Program-made: the position numbers and the translations under genes | Shown here: positions 10,137-19,818 of the stretch, piece by piece | Layout: every line of letters begins with the position of its first letter | Position numbering within the stretch: the first letter of the stretch is position 1 | Notes under the pieces: model-generated | What the model saw: the letters and a program-made list of their open reading frames with translations, nothing else | Database searches by the model: none | Told to the model about the DNA's origin: nothing | IMG/VR virus record: IMGVR_UViG_645058835_000004 | Location: 1-39,344 of that record | Origin: a virus | Lineage: Duplodnaviria; Heunggongvirae; Uroviricota; Caudoviricetes | Length of the DNA stretch: 39,344 bases | Reading direction: 5' to 3' (one strand)

Positions 10137-10739
10137 TTAAATTTCTGGTAGTTTGGGCCAGTTAATATCAGGGGCTGTGCTGATATCTATTGCTGCTACT
10201 ACGTCGATATAGTCAAGAACGGAATCGAGCTTTACTGTTTCTTCCGCAGTTAATTTTCTTCCGGCCTGCAATTTTAGTTGAATCAGAACAATGGAAGACA
10301 TGGCATCATCAATCAGTGACTGGCGTTGCAGTTCAGCCGCATCCACTGCTGCGTTATGTTGCGCTTTGGTATCCGTCACCCATTTCTCACCATCCCACTT
10401 ATCGTATGGTGTTAACGGAGCAATAGTGGTTGTCTTTTCAGGGTAATCTCCCGGCACTGTAATTTCTTTTGAGTCCCCCGTTTCGGTGTTATAGACGATT
10501 TCACCGCGATGGTCTGGCACATATTCCCATGAGTTTAAATCCGCAGAGCGGCAGATGGCATAACCAGCTTTATATGTTCCTGGTGCATCTAAACAGGAAC
10601 ATGCCGGAATACCGACACCAACAGCAAGATATTCAGTTGATGTGGAAATATATTCTCGTGTTTCACCATTATAATTATAGACAGTAATATCCCCCGCCTT
10701 CGTGGCAATAAACTCGCTATTTAATACGGCATTATCCAT
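10137..10739 (-). CDS. Tail fibre assembly protein gpG
   Basis: 200-aa ORF downstream of H with start/stop overlap; P2 G-like. Confidence 0.8.
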   Translation of the reverse strand: MDNAVLNSEFIATKAGDITVYNYNGETREYISTSTEYLAVGVGIPACSCLDAPGTYKAGYAICRSADLNSWEYVPDHRGEIVYNTETGDSKEITVPGDYPEKTTTIAPLTPYDKWDGEKWVTDTKAQHNAAVDAAELQRQSLIDDAMSSIVLIQLKLQAGRKLTAEETVKLDSVLDYIDVVAAIDISTAPDINWPKLPEI

Positions 10740-12391
10740 TATGCAGCCCTCACGATGTAATTAAATGAAAGGTTACGAGGGCGCATTGATATCCATGCCC
10801 CGGTAAAATTATCCTCCGCTGTCCTTTGAGTACCCGTTATGGAGTTATCTGCTGATGCAGGAACATAATCGCTATTATTTCCTGCTTTAGGATTAGCTGG
10901 GTTTCCAACAGTTATAACAGAATCAGCAGTAGCAAAAGCGATACCTACTTTGACATTAGTATTCAGATCGTAACCGTAATAATCCTGCAAAGCTGTACGA
11001 ATAAATGTTGCAGCCTGACCACTTAGCAATGAACGCCCCGTATCAATCCCTCTAGAATCATCCCAGCCACGAATAAACTCACCACGTAAATCAGGCAATT
11101 TATTTGTCGGATAAACCTTTGCCAGTTTGGGATATTCTTCAGCCGAAAAAGCCGCTCCGTTGCATTTCAGCCAGCCTGTCGGTGGAGTGGCAGAAGGCCA
11201 CGGAACAGGGACACCAACAGGTAATGCAGAGCCATCCCCTAAACCAAGATAATCAAGAACGCCCTGTGCGCTGGGCTTGCTAAGAATGGCACGCCCAACA
11301 CTTGTCAGTGCAGTTAAGGCAGCCCGATCTTCCCCTGTAAAATAAGGGAGTTTATCTTTTGATGTAGAAAGCCCTGCCAACGCCGTTAAAGTAGCATCCT
11401 TTGGCTGTTTCCCCGCAAGGGAGTTAGTTATTGTCGTGGCAAAGTTCGGGTCATTCCCCAGCGCCGCCGCCAGTTCGTTCAGTGTATCAAGTGCAGCAGG
11501 TGCAGAACCCACCATTGCCGCAATCGCCGATTTCACAAAAGCCGTGGTGGCAATCTGTGTATTGTTGACCGACTGTGCCGCCGTGGGGGCTGTCGGCGTC
11601 CCGGTAAGTGCAGGACTCGACAGCGGCGCTTTGAGTGCCAGCGCATCATTAATGGTGGTGCTGAATTTCGGGTCATTGTTTATGGCTGCGGCTATTTCTT
11701 TCAGCGTGTCCAGCGTGGCTGGCGCACCATTAATAAGGGCCTTCAGTGCCGCCTGAACAAACGCGGTGGTCGCAAGTTGCGTGGTATTATTCCCCACCGC
11801 TGGCGTTGGTGCTTTGGGGGTTCCGGTAAACGTCGGGCTGGCTTTTGGCGCGTACTGTGAATGCGGGTCCAGTGCGGCAAGATGTTTTGCCATCAGATCA
11901 TCCACGTACACCTTCAGCTCCAGTGCCTTGTCATCCACATACTTGCGGGTTGCCAGCACAACAGCAGGGTCGATTTTCAGGGTGATATTGTCCGTGCTGC
12001 TGGTTATCAGCACCATGCGCACGGTCTGGGTGCGCCCGCTGCCTTCAGCCAGTTGCGGTTTATAGCTTTCCGGGCAGTTCCCCACGGCAATCAATGCCCC
12101 TGACTCATCAAACAGGCCCACTTCACGTATCCACCAACCGCCCTCGTTTTCAGGGATCACCTGTTCAGCAATAATCTGGCTGCTGTTCTGCGGGTCGATA
12201 TAGAGCATATTCAGCGCAGCCCGGCGTTTCTCATTTACCAGTGCAGTCTGCTTTGCGTCCGGCGTCGGCAATACTCCGCCGCCATCGCCCACCGCCATAT
12301 GGGTAATTTTTAGCGGCACACCGAGCGCGGCGGCGCTGGCAAGTTTCGCCGCGCCAATATCCGTCAGCAGGGTATAAAATTTTGTGCTCAT
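10739..12391 (-). CDS. Tail fibre protein gpH
   Basis: 550-aa ORF with conserved N-terminal baseplate-attachment region and Ala/Thr-rich repeats (AAALGNDPNFATTI / AAAINNDPKFSTTI) typical of P2-family fibres. Confidence 0.85.
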   Translation of the reverse strand: MSTKFYTLLTDIGAAKLASAAALGVPLKITHMAVGDGGGVLPTPDAKQTALVNEKRRAALNMLYIDPQNSSQIIAEQVIPENEGGWWIREVGLFDESGALIAVGNCPESYKPQLAEGSGRTQTVRMVLITSSTDNITLKIDPAVVLATRKYVDDKALELKVYVDDLMAKHLAALDPHSQYAPKASPTFTGTPKAPTPAVGNNTTQLATTAFVQAALKALINGAPATLDTLKEIAAAINNDPKFSTTINDALALKAPLSSPALTGTPTAPTAAQSVNNTQIATTAFVKSAIAAMVGSAPAALDTLNELAAALGNDPNFATTITNSLAGKQPKDATLTALAGLSTSKDKLPYFTGEDRAALTALTSVGRAILSKPSAQGVLDYLGLGDGSALPVGVPVPWPSATPPTGWLKCNGAAFSAEEYPKLAKVYPTNKLPDLRGEFIRGWDDSRGIDTGRSLLSGQAATFIRTALQDYYGYDLNTNVKVGIAFATADSVITVGNPANPKAGNNSDYVPASADNSITGTQRTAEDNFTGAWISMRPRNLSFNYIVRAA

Positions 12392-12993
12392 GGATTCACT
12401 CTCATTGTGTCAATAACATGGACCGCCCCGCCTTCATGCGCGGTGCCGCCGGAAATAATTGTTTCGTTGATATACGGATAGATCGTGATTTCTTCGCCAA
12501 GATAGCTGGCGGCTCCCACCCAATGCGGGCCGCTGGTCTGCAGGTTGATGGACATGCCGATCATGTGACGGCTACATGGTTTGGCATCGCTTATCAGTCG
12601 CTCAAGTTCCAGATAGGTATCTTCAGTGATGCCCTGGTCCTGCACGCCGATATCCAGACGAAACGTGCCCGGTGCCTCTCCGGTCTGCCACCACTCAATA
12701 ATGCGGATCAGAAAGCCGAACGGCTCCACCACCCGCCGCACGGCACTGGTGGTTCCTTTATGCTGATGAATATAAAAAGCATCCTTCACCACCTGACGTT
12801 TGACGCTTTCTGTCCAGCCCTCGTCCCAGCGATCCACAGAGAACGCCCAGGCGAGATAAGGCAGGAAACTGACCGGACAGGTTGCCGGATTCCACAAGTC
12901 ACGCAGCGGCACCTGCAGATCAGAAATCCCGCTGCAGGTTTGCGCCAGTCGGCGCTCCAGTGGCGTTGAACCCGGTGGCAGCAGACTATTCAT
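12388..12993 (-). CDS. Baseplate protein gpI
   Basis: 201-aa ORF between J and H, translationally coupled. Confidence 0.8.
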   Translation of the reverse strand: MNSLLPPGSTPLERRLAQTCSGISDLQVPLRDLWNPATCPVSFLPYLAWAFSVDRWDEGWTESVKRQVVKDAFYIHQHKGTTSAVRRVVEPFGFLIRIIEWWQTGEAPGTFRLDIGVQDQGITEDTYLELERLISDAKPCSRHMIGMSINLQTSGPHWVGAASYLGEEITIYPYINETIISGGTAHEGGAVHVIDTMRVNP

Positions 12994-13894
12994 CCGTTCC
13001 CCCGTTGGTCATGCTCCACTGCGTACATGATGCCGCCTGCGTTTTGTTCAGGACCACATCCGCCAGCGGGGAAGCCAGTTCCACACGCTGAACACCCTCA
13101 ACATGCAGCGCGGCAAAAATGGCGCTACGGCGAATATCCCGACCCAGCCGCGTCTGACTGGCGATGTACCTCTGCAGGCTGGCTTTTGCCGCTGCCATTA
13201 CCGGCTCTGCTTCCGGCCCCGGATAGAGAAAAATGGTGGCTTCCACGCGGTACGGGATGATTTCCGCGCTGCGAACCGTCAGACGGTCAGCCACCGGGCG
13301 GACGTTCTCACTGTTCAGGGCTTTCTCCACCACATCCAGCAGGTCTTTTTCTGCTGTTCCGTCGCCTTCACGGCTTAGGACCGTAAGCACCACCTCTGCA
13401 GGTGCCGGACTGGTTGCACTGGCATCCGCCACCCGACCGTCGGCGCTTCGTGCATGAAACTCATAAGCGGCAGTTGGCCCAGCAACAGAAAGCCCTTCAA
13501 AGGCTGCAGGCACACGCAGGCGTAACGCTTCATCACTTTCCATCACAGCCGCAACGGGCGGTACAGCGTCATCATCAGCAGGTGTCACCGTCAGGCGTTT
13601 CACGTTGTAGTTAGCAGCGAGCTGGTCAAGATCGCCGCCCATCGCGTAAGCCACCATCACAGCCTGCGCGGCTTCGTTAATGCGCTGGCGCAGAAGCAAC
13701 TCACGGTAAGCGTTCTCCTGCAGCAATTTGGTGACGGGTTCAGATTCCAGTTCCAGCGTATGCATCACTGCTTCCTGCTCATCTTTCGGATGAAGCGCCA
13801 CAAATTCTGCCTTGCGTTCGGCAAGCAGCGTCTCAAAGTCCGGCACATCCACAATCTGCGGCGCAGGTAACTGCGAAAGGTCAATCACTGCCAT
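12986..13894 (-). CDS. Baseplate protein gpJ
   Basis: 302 aa from the internal ATG (MAVIDLSQLPAPQ...), matching P2 gpJ length; the longer ORF extends to 13933. Confidence 0.85.
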   Translation of the reverse strand: MAVIDLSQLPAPQIVDVPDFETLLAERKAEFVALHPKDEQEAVMHTLELESEPVTKLLQENAYRELLLRQRINEAAQAVMVAYAMGGDLDQLAANYNVKRLTVTPADDDAVPPVAAVMESDEALRLRVPAAFEGLSVAGPTAAYEFHARSADGRVADASATSPAPAEVVLTVLSREGDGTAEKDLLDVVEKALNSENVRPVADRLTVRSAEIIPYRVEATIFLYPGPEAEPVMAAAKASLQRYIASQTRLGRDIRRSAIFAALHVEGVQRVELASPLADVVLNKTQAASCTQWSMTNGGTDE

Positions 13895-14240
13895 TCTCTG
13901 CTCCTGTTGATACGGAAAGGGAAACAGGCACACCGTTATTCCGCCGCCCGGTCAGCTCCACCACCATTGAACCGTCAAAATTGCTGTTGATGGTGATGGA
14001 ATCCAGCGTCAGCCGTGGCTCCCAGCGACTCAGCGCCACATACACTGCCGACATGACCTGCAGACGTAATGCCGGATTTTGTGGCTGGTCTACCAGTGCC
14101 GACAGCAGGGAACCATATTCACGACGGGCAATACGGCTACCCTGCGGTGTCAGCAGAATGTCCCGCACCGACTGGCGCAGATGGTCAATATCAGTAATGG
14201 CTTTACCGCTGGTATTGTTCATCCCGCTATAAAGCGTCAT
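13881..14240 (-). CDS. Baseplate wedge protein gpW
   Basis: 119-aa ORF between V and J. Confidence 0.8.
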   Translation of the reverse strand: MTLYSGMNNTSGKAITDIDHLRQSVRDILLTPQGSRIARREYGSLLSALVDQPQNPALRLQVMSAVYVALSRWEPRLTLDSITINSNFDGSMVVELTGRRNNGVPVSLSVSTGAENGSD

Positions 14241-14815
14241 ACCGGGCCTCCGGTTGTGTCGCCGCCTTTCAGGACGCCAGTATGCTGATGTGCATCAACC
14301 ACAATTCCGTTAGAACTCATTGCACCGCCGCCCTGGGTAACGCCACCATTGATCACCACTTCGCTGTTAATACGCGAGCGGTCAGCCTCCAGCACAAACT
14401 CACTGGTTTTCAGGGTAATGTTGTTGGCAGCCTCAATGACCATGGATTTGATGCCCCTGACATACCAGCGCCCGGTAGCGGGTTCATATTCAAACCAGCC
14501 ACCGTCAGGATGTTCTGTCACACAGGCGTCCACCGACGCCGACGGTGGTGCGAACTGATTCGAATAGACAGCGGGCAGCGCAAAGGCGGTTTCCAGATTA
14601 CCGCCCAGACTCAGCAGCACCACCTGCTCACCTTCTGATGGTTTCCACCATGTGCGGGCATTGCCCGCGCGCAGTGTCAGCCAGTTAATCCAGTTGGTTT
14701 CAAGGTCGCCTGTTTTCACCCGGCAAAGCCAGTTCTCCCGGTCCACTTCGGTGACTACCCCAGTGCGGATCAGGTTGGTGATAAGGCGCATGATTTCGGT
14801 TAATTGTGCGTTCAT
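14237..14815 (-). CDS. Baseplate spike/hub protein gpV
   Basis: 192-aa ORF, N-terminus MNAQLTEIMRLITNLIRTGVV... resembles P2 gpV; first gene of the V-W-J-I-H-G operon. Confidence 0.85.
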   Translation of the reverse strand: MNAQLTEIMRLITNLIRTGVVTEVDRENWLCRVKTGDLETNWINWLTLRAGNARTWWKPSEGEQVVLLSLGGNLETAFALPAVYSNQFAPPSASVDACVTEHPDGGWFEYEPATGRWYVRGIKSMVIEAANNITLKTSEFVLEADRSRINSEVVINGGVTQGGGAMSSNGIVVDAHQHTGVLKGGDTTGGPV

Positions 14816-14861
14816 AATTTAATCATGCTGATTTAAGATTGATAAAAAAACTCTTTAGTTT

Positions 14862-14879
14862 TGTGCCAGTTATGATACA
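14862..14879. promoter_or_regulatory. TGT-N12-ACA dyad in the V / cargo divergent intergenic region (possible late promoter element; geometry ambiguous)
   Basis: TGTgccagttatgatACA; centre is ~55 bp from the V ATG, which does not leave a normal leader for either flanking gene. Confidence 0.25.
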
Positions 14880-14915
14880 AAGTGCATTTACTCATGGACT
14901 AAATAAAGGATTCCT

Positions 14916-16175
14916 ATGTTTAGATTATCTAGTGTCAAGATTGAAGGTTTTTGGGGAAGACTAAATGCATCATGTTCATTTAATGAAGATGTAAATATTA
15001 TTATTGGTCGAAATGGGACCGGTAAAACAACCTTTATGAATATTCTTCACTCAGTTCTGGCATTAGAACTTGAATCGTTAAATGAGAATAGTTTTGATAA
15101 TGTAACAATAAAAATAAAAGAAGGAAGCAAAACTAAAACAATAAAAGTTGTGAGTAAATTTGACATAACTAAGGCTTTGCCTACGTTTGAATATACAATT
15201 TCTAGAAAGAAATATATTATCAGATCCTTTGAAGATCGTAGGCTGCCTATATATATGAGGAGAAAATATCAGGAAGACGTTGAAAAACTTAAGTTAGAGC
15301 TAGATAAATTAGTTGCTTTATCTTCTCTATCAGTTTACCGACTTAGAAGCGGTGAAGATTTTGAAATCAGAGACAAATATGGCTCAAAATTAATCAACCC
15401 CGTTGATTACCGATTAGAACAATTATTGCAGAATCTAACAAAATATCAGCTTTACTTATCACAAAGAGCTCGTGATGTTTCTGCAAAATTACAGAAAGAG
15501 GTTCTTGCTTCTATTCTTTATAGTAAAGAAGATGGTATCGATGACACATTTAACTTTTCTTTTGATAAAGAAAAAGAACGTAGAAATTTAATAGCTGCAT
15601 ATTCTCAACTTGGAGCTTTTGATAGTGATGTCAGAAAGAAGATTAACTTTCACGTTGAATCTATTGCCAATACATTTGAAGAACTACGACTTGCAGAAAA
15701 AAACAACAGAAATATTTTAAATGTAGATTACAGATCATTTGAGGCATTACGAAAGACGCAAAGAATTATAAAGATGTCTTTAAAATCCGAGGAGGAAATA
15801 AAAAACATATTTCTTCCTATAAATCTATTTTTAGAAACATTACATGAGTTCATAACCGATAAAAAATTTAATTTTATCTCCGGTGAGCTAGTAATAGAAA
15901 ACGAGCATGGGCCGATTAGCCATAGTAATTTATCGTCTGGAGAAAAACAGCTATTAATTCTTTTTATTGAAACTTTGCTACAGCAAAACAAACCTTTCAT
16001 CTATCTTACTGATGAACCAGAATTATCACTACATATTGCATGGCAACGAAAAATAATACCTGCAATCAAACAACTTAACCCTAACGCACAAATTATCGCC
16101 GCTACGCATTCACCAGAAGTGGCCTCTAAATATCGAAATGCAATCTTTGATATGGAGAAATTGGTTCATGGATGA
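14916..16175 (+). CDS. ABC-type (SMC/RecF-like) ATPase, PARIS AriA-like candidate
   Basis: 419-aa AT-rich ORF: Walker A GRNGTGKTT (aa 31-39), signature-like LSSGEKQ, Walker B FIYLTDEPE, H-loop ATHSPE; opposite strand to the flanking tail genes. Confidence 0.6.
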   Translation: MFRLSSVKIEGFWGRLNASCSFNEDVNIIIGRNGTGKTTFMNILHSVLALELESLNENSFDNVTIKIKEGSKTKTIKVVSKFDITKALPTFEYTISRKKYIIRSFEDRRLPIYMRRKYQEDVEKLKLELDKLVALSSLSVYRLRSGEDFEIRDKYGSKLINPVDYRLEQLLQNLTKYQLYLSQRARDVSAKLQKEVLASILYSKEDGIDDTFNFSFDKEKERRNLIAAYSQLGAFDSDVRKKINFHVESIANTFEELRLAEKNNRNILNVDYRSFEALRKTQRIIKMSLKSEEEIKNIFLPINLFLETLHEFITDKKFNFISGELVIENEHGPISHSNLSSGEKQLLILFIETLLQQNKPFIYLTDEPELSLHIAWQRKIIPAIKQLNPNAQIIAATHSPEVASKYRNAIFDMEKLVHG

Positions 16176-17019
16176 TTTCCATTATTCTGCCGAAGCAGAA
16201 AATGTAATGAATTTATTTTACCAAGCTGAAGCCATGGTTTATGTTGAAGGCCCAGATGATATTTGCTTTTGGGAAATCATCTTTAATAAAGCTAGTTCAT
16301 TAAAGGTTGAAATCAAAGATGTTGGCGGCTGTGAAGAATTAAAAAAATATATTGATAGAGTTACTGATGAAGATCTTCAAATTATTATTGCATGTGATGC
16401 AGACTTCACTACATTTGAAAATGAAGAAAACGCTGATAGTCGTATTGTAAAAACTTATGGGCACTCCATCGAAAACACATTTATTGACAAAACAGGCATA
16501 TATAAGGCAATAAAAACTCTCGGGAAATTACCGCAAAAGATAATGAACGATGTCAACATCGATTCTTGGACAGAAGACTTTTATACCAAAATGGAACCCC
16601 TAATAAAACTTGATATATACAATCATATTTATAGAAAAGGCATTTCAGTTATTGGTGACAGTGCAGATCGTTTCATGAAATCTAGAAAATCAAATGAAAT
16701 TTGCGAGCAAAAAATCACGGATTACAAAAACACCATTATTGAAAAATTAGGTGTGGAACCAGATAACATCGATTCATCTTTCAAATCAAAATCGATAGAA
16801 TACAGAAAGTGGCTTAGAGGTCATTTTCTTTTTTCTGCAGTACATAGGTACATTAGCACAACTGCAGAAAAAAATGGAAAAAAAGTATCCTTATCATATG
16901 AATCACTATATTCCAATTTAATGAATACATTTGAATCTAATTTTACCAATACTCATATTGAGTTTAATCATTACCACGAAAAAATCAAAGCCATAAATAT
17001 GCCACACGAAATGAAATAA
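16138..17019 (+). CDS. Toprim/DUF4435-like nuclease partner, PARIS AriB-like candidate
   Basis: 293-aa ORF (alternative ATG at 16168 overlaps the upstream stop as ATGGATGA); N-terminal YVEGPDD glutamate motif and a later IIIACDADF (DxD) motif consistent with an OLD-type Toprim; AT-rich. Confidence 0.55.
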   Translation: MQSLIWRNWFMDDFHYSAEAENVMNLFYQAEAMVYVEGPDDICFWEIIFNKASSLKVEIKDVGGCEELKKYIDRVTDEDLQIIIACDADFTTFENEENADSRIVKTYGHSIENTFIDKTGIYKAIKTLGKLPQKIMNDVNIDSWTEDFYTKMEPLIKLDIYNHIYRKGISVIGDSADRFMKSRKSNEICEQKITDYKNTIIEKLGVEPDNIDSSFKSKSIEYRKWLRGHFLFSAVHRYISTTAEKNGKKVSLSYESLYSNLMNTFESNFTNTHIEFNHYHEKIKAINMPHEMK

Positions 17020-17044
17020 GAAAAAATACAGATGTATTTTTATA

Positions 17045-17491
17045 TTATTTAGATAACCATTCAAATAGGGTATCCTTGATTTGATAATATTCTTTATCGT
17101 GGATACCCAATAGCTTACGCTCTGCGTAACGGACCTCCGGTCCTTTGCGGCTGACGCGATCACGTAAGCCGTAGTGATGAACACGGGCAATGCGCTGTAC
17201 CTTGCCTTCAAACTGCACGCTGGCAGAATCGGCGCTGGCGGCAGTTTTCAGGTATTTTGTGGTGCGCAGCTTTGCAAACATCTGACGTTTGATACGGCCT
17301 TTTTTACTGCGCGCTGTGACCTTGCGCGGTTCATAACTGCTGCCATCAGGGTTGCGCTGCATCCTGATATTCTGCTGCTGTGTCCGGCGTAGTTCCTGCG
17401 CCAGCTGGCGCATCATGCGGCTTCTTGCGGCTGGCTCCAGATTCGCCAATAATGCACTCAGCCAGTCGTCCACCTTCTGCAATTCAGCCAC
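17045..17491 (-). CDS. Tail completion protein gpS
   Basis: 148-aa ORF downstream of R; P2 S-like. Confidence 0.85.
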   Translation of the reverse strand: MAELQKVDDWLSALLANLEPAARSRMMRQLAQELRRTQQQNIRMQRNPDGSSYEPRKVTARSKKGRIKRQMFAKLRTTKYLKTAASADSASVQFEGKVQRIARVHHYGLRDRVSRKGPEVRYAERKLLGIHDKEYYQIKDTLFEWLSK

Positions 17492-17915
17492 GTTTCACCG
17501 TCCACATTTCTTCAGGTTCATCGGGCTCTGCTACAGCTTCAACGCTCGACACACTGCCGTCAGTGCTGACCAGCACACGCTCCGTCAGTTGCAGGTTAAG
17601 GCTGATATCACAGACATCGTTGCGCAGAATATCCACCTCAAAGGTGAATAACTTTTCCCGTAACGCCGGATTATTGATGGCATCGGGCTGGTTATCCCGC
17701 AGCCACAGCAAAACCGGGGCCATCAGCAGATTCTGGTCGCCGCTGAAATCCTCAATCACCACGTTCAGGGTGTAACGGTACTCCCATGACATGGAGCTGG
17801 CCCCCGTGGCAACCAGCGAACCGTTATCCACAAACAGATGCAGTTTGTCCGGGTTATTGCGGACATAAGGCACCGCTTTATTGAGGGCGTGGCGCAGGGA
17901 CTGTGGTTTGTTCAC
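17484..17915 (-). CDS. Tail completion protein gpR
   Basis: ORF to 17936 begins with TTG; the in-frame GTG at 17915 gives an N-terminus (VNKPQSLRHAL...) aligning with P2 gpR (MLKPDSLRRAL...). Confidence 0.8.
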   Translation of the reverse strand: MNKPQSLRHALNKAVPYVRNNPDKLHLFVDNGSLVATGASSMSWEYRYTLNVVIEDFSGDQNLLMAPVLLWLRDNQPDAINNPALREKLFTFEVDILRNDVCDISLNLQLTERVLVSTDGSVSSVEAVAEPDEPEEMWTVKRG

Positions 17916-18168
17916 TGTTTCGCTCCTGACACGCAATAATCATGTCCACTTTGTCTGCACAGACTGCCCAGGCGGCCTCCGTTTCATCCAGCAACGCGTT
18001 CAGATCACCGTTAGTGCGCGGCGCTGCCTGATCCAGCCGACACGGCGTCACTCGCGGACAACCACTGACGGTAAGCTGCACCTCCGGTGAGTGTCGGACG
18101 TTCCCGCAGCCGGATAATGTCAGCAGGCAAAGGAGTATCAGCCCAGCGGTGTAAATCCTCGTTCTCAC
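17878..18168 (-). CDS. Outer-membrane spanin lipoprotein LysC/Rz1-like (overlapping the lysB 3' end)
   Basis: 96-aa ORF in another frame overlapping lysB; signal peptide with lipobox LLTLSGC. Confidence 0.7.
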   Translation of the reverse strand: MRTRIYTAGLILLCLLTLSGCGNVRHSPEVQLTVSGCPRVTPCRLDQAAPRTNGDLNALLDETEAAWAVCADKVDMIIACQERNSEQTTVPAPRPQ

Positions 18169-18439
18169 GTTTCAGTTCCTCGATCCGGTGTTGTCGTTGT
18201 CTCAGCAGCGCGCTGGTCTGTTCTGCTTCGGCATAGAGCCGCGCCTGCTCCCGGTTATTGGTTTCAGCCAGAATGGACAGACTGATCAGCTGGCTATTTT
18301 TCTTCGTTAGTTCGTGCGCTTTACTTTTCAGCGCCGCGCGCTGCGTTTCGATGGTGTGGCTGGCGCTGTTAAGCCGCCACGACTGCCAGCCCAGCGCAAC
18401 GAGTGCCAGCGCCGCCACTACCGCCAGCGCACGCGTCAT
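18011..18439 (-). CDS. Inner-membrane spanin LysB/Rz-like
   Basis: 142-aa ORF with N-terminal TM segment then coiled-coil-like charged region; follows the endolysin. Confidence 0.75.
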   Translation of the reverse strand: MTRALAVVAALALVALGWQSWRLNSASHTIETQRAALKSKAHELTKKNSQLISLSILAETNNREQARLYAEAEQTSALLRQRQHRIEELKRENEDLHRWADTPLPADIIRLRERPTLTGGAAYRQWLSASDAVSAGSGSAAH

Positions 18440-18951
18440 AGTCCAGCTCCTTTAAGGCACCAGGCCATCTCCCGCGCACGGCGGTTATCCAGCCCCTGAT
18501 TAAACACACCTTTCACATAAACCCAGCGCGGCAACTGTCGGCACGCATCCGCCCAGCGCCGCTGGTTGAGCAATTTCACCAGCGTGGAACTGCAGGCATT
18601 GCCAGTCCCCACGTTGAAGGCAAACGACACCGTAGCGTCATACACCTTCTGTGGTGGCTGTTGCTTCACACACCTTTCCAGTGACCGCTCCACACGCAGC
18701 ACGTTGGAGATAAGCCCTTCTGCTGCCTGTCGTTCCGTAATGGTTTTGCCGGGAATGACGCCCGACGTATTACCAATGCCGTCAGTCCAGACACCCGCGC
18801 TGCACTGATACGGCTGCAGACGACAGCCTTCGTAATCGGCAATCAGTTTCAGTCCCTCCACGGAGGTGTGAAGCTGCTGAAAACCCGGCAGCATGGCAGC
18901 AATAGCCAGCACGGTCCCGACAAGACAGCGTTTAACGATTGATGGATTCAT
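18436..18951 (-). CDS. Endolysin (phage lysozyme, gpK-like) with N-terminal signal-anchor
   Basis: 171-aa ORF; hydrophobic N-terminus then lysozyme-like core (EGxxLxxYxxxxGxWTDGIGxT). Confidence 0.85.
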   Translation of the reverse strand: MNPSIVKRCLVGTVLAIAAMLPGFQQLHTSVEGLKLIADYEGCRLQPYQCSAGVWTDGIGNTSGVIPGKTITERQAAEGLISNVLRVERSLERCVKQQPPQKVYDATVSFAFNVGTGNACSSTLVKLLNQRRWADACRQLPRWVYVKGVFNQGLDNRRAREMAWCLKGAGL

Positions 18952-19147
18952 AATCCTCCCGCGAGATCTGCCCGTCGCGCAGAAGCTGGTAGGCTTTGTG
19001 TTTGTAGTACCAGTTGATAGCCAGCATCAGCACACCAATCATCAGACCGCCCAGCGTTGAGGCATCCTTGATGGACAAATCGCCCAGCCAGGCCAGCACG
19101 ACGGCGATGCAATACGTGATAAAGGCGCTGATTCGCTCAAGCGTCAT
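18932..19147 (-). CDS. Holin
   Basis: 71-aa ORF with two hydrophobic segments and charged C-terminus, immediately upstream of the endolysin. Confidence 0.75.
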   Translation of the reverse strand: MTLERISAFITYCIAVVLAWLGDLSIKDASTLGGLMIGVLMLAINWYYKHKAYQLLRDGQISREDYESINR

Positions 19148-19150
19148 AAT

Positions 19151-19354
19151 TCAGTCCCATAGCTGGACGGTCTGCACGGTGGTGGTTGTCGGTATGTCCG
19201 GCAGCTCCACCTGCAGCCCGTGAGGTAAAAAGGGGCCGTATTCGGCAAGCCCCGGATTTGCCTTCAGTACCTGCTCCGTGACACCCTGCGTGCGCCCGTA
19301 ATGACGCCAGCAAAGCGCGTCCACCGTGTCATACTGATGCGCACGCACTTTCAT
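19151..19354 (-). CDS. Tail protein gpX
   Basis: 67-aa ORF between L and the holin, as in P2. Confidence 0.8.
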   Translation of the reverse strand: MKVRAHQYDTVDALCWRHYGRTQGVTEQVLKANPGLAEYGPFLPHGLQVELPDIPTTTTVQTVQLWD

Positions 19355-19818
19355 CAGATAAGCTCCACTGTGCAGTGCGGCGCATCCTGCACCCGGCTGA
19401 TGGCCCAGCGGGCGTCACGCCACAAATCACCGCTTGCTTCCGCCAGTTCCTCGCCCCGCTTCACACCGGATGCCGTGGCGTCATAGTCCTGATAACGCTC
19501 GTTGAGCATGGCGCGTGCCCAGCAGTAAACCGCGTTGAAATAGTGATGAATGCGCTCACTTTTGCCGTCCAACTGTTCCGCCGGAACCTCTGCCAGCGAG
19601 GCATATCCCAGCATCTGCTGACGTCTGCGAAACTCATACAGCTCTGCGTTGACCTCCGAAATTGCCGACAGCGCAACCTGCTTTAAACGCGGCTGCGTCA
19701 CCGTGCCGTCAGTGCGCATGACACAGCGAAACTCCGACAAGTCCACATCAGGCCAGAACGGCGTATTCCTGATGATTTCCGCCTGTTCCGGTGCCTGTTC
19801 TGGCGCAACAAACTTCAT
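19354..19818 (-). CDS. Head completion protein gpL
   Basis: 154 aa from the internal ATG (MKFVAPEQ...); downstream of M. Confidence 0.8.
   Translation of the reverse strand: MKFVAPEQAPEQAEIIRNTPFWPDVDLSEFRCVMRTDGTVTQPRLKQVALSAISEVNAELYEFRRRQQMLGYASLAEVPAEQLDGKSERIHHYFNAVYCWARAMLNERYQDYDATASGVKRGEELAEASGDLWRDARWAISRVQDAPHCTVELI

Noticed and set aside
15728-16000. 90-aa minus-strand ORF inside the ATPase gene and 97-aa ORF 16918..17211 spanning the AriB-like/gpS junction
   Set aside because: Low-complexity AT-rich antisense translations overlapping better-supported genes; no start context.
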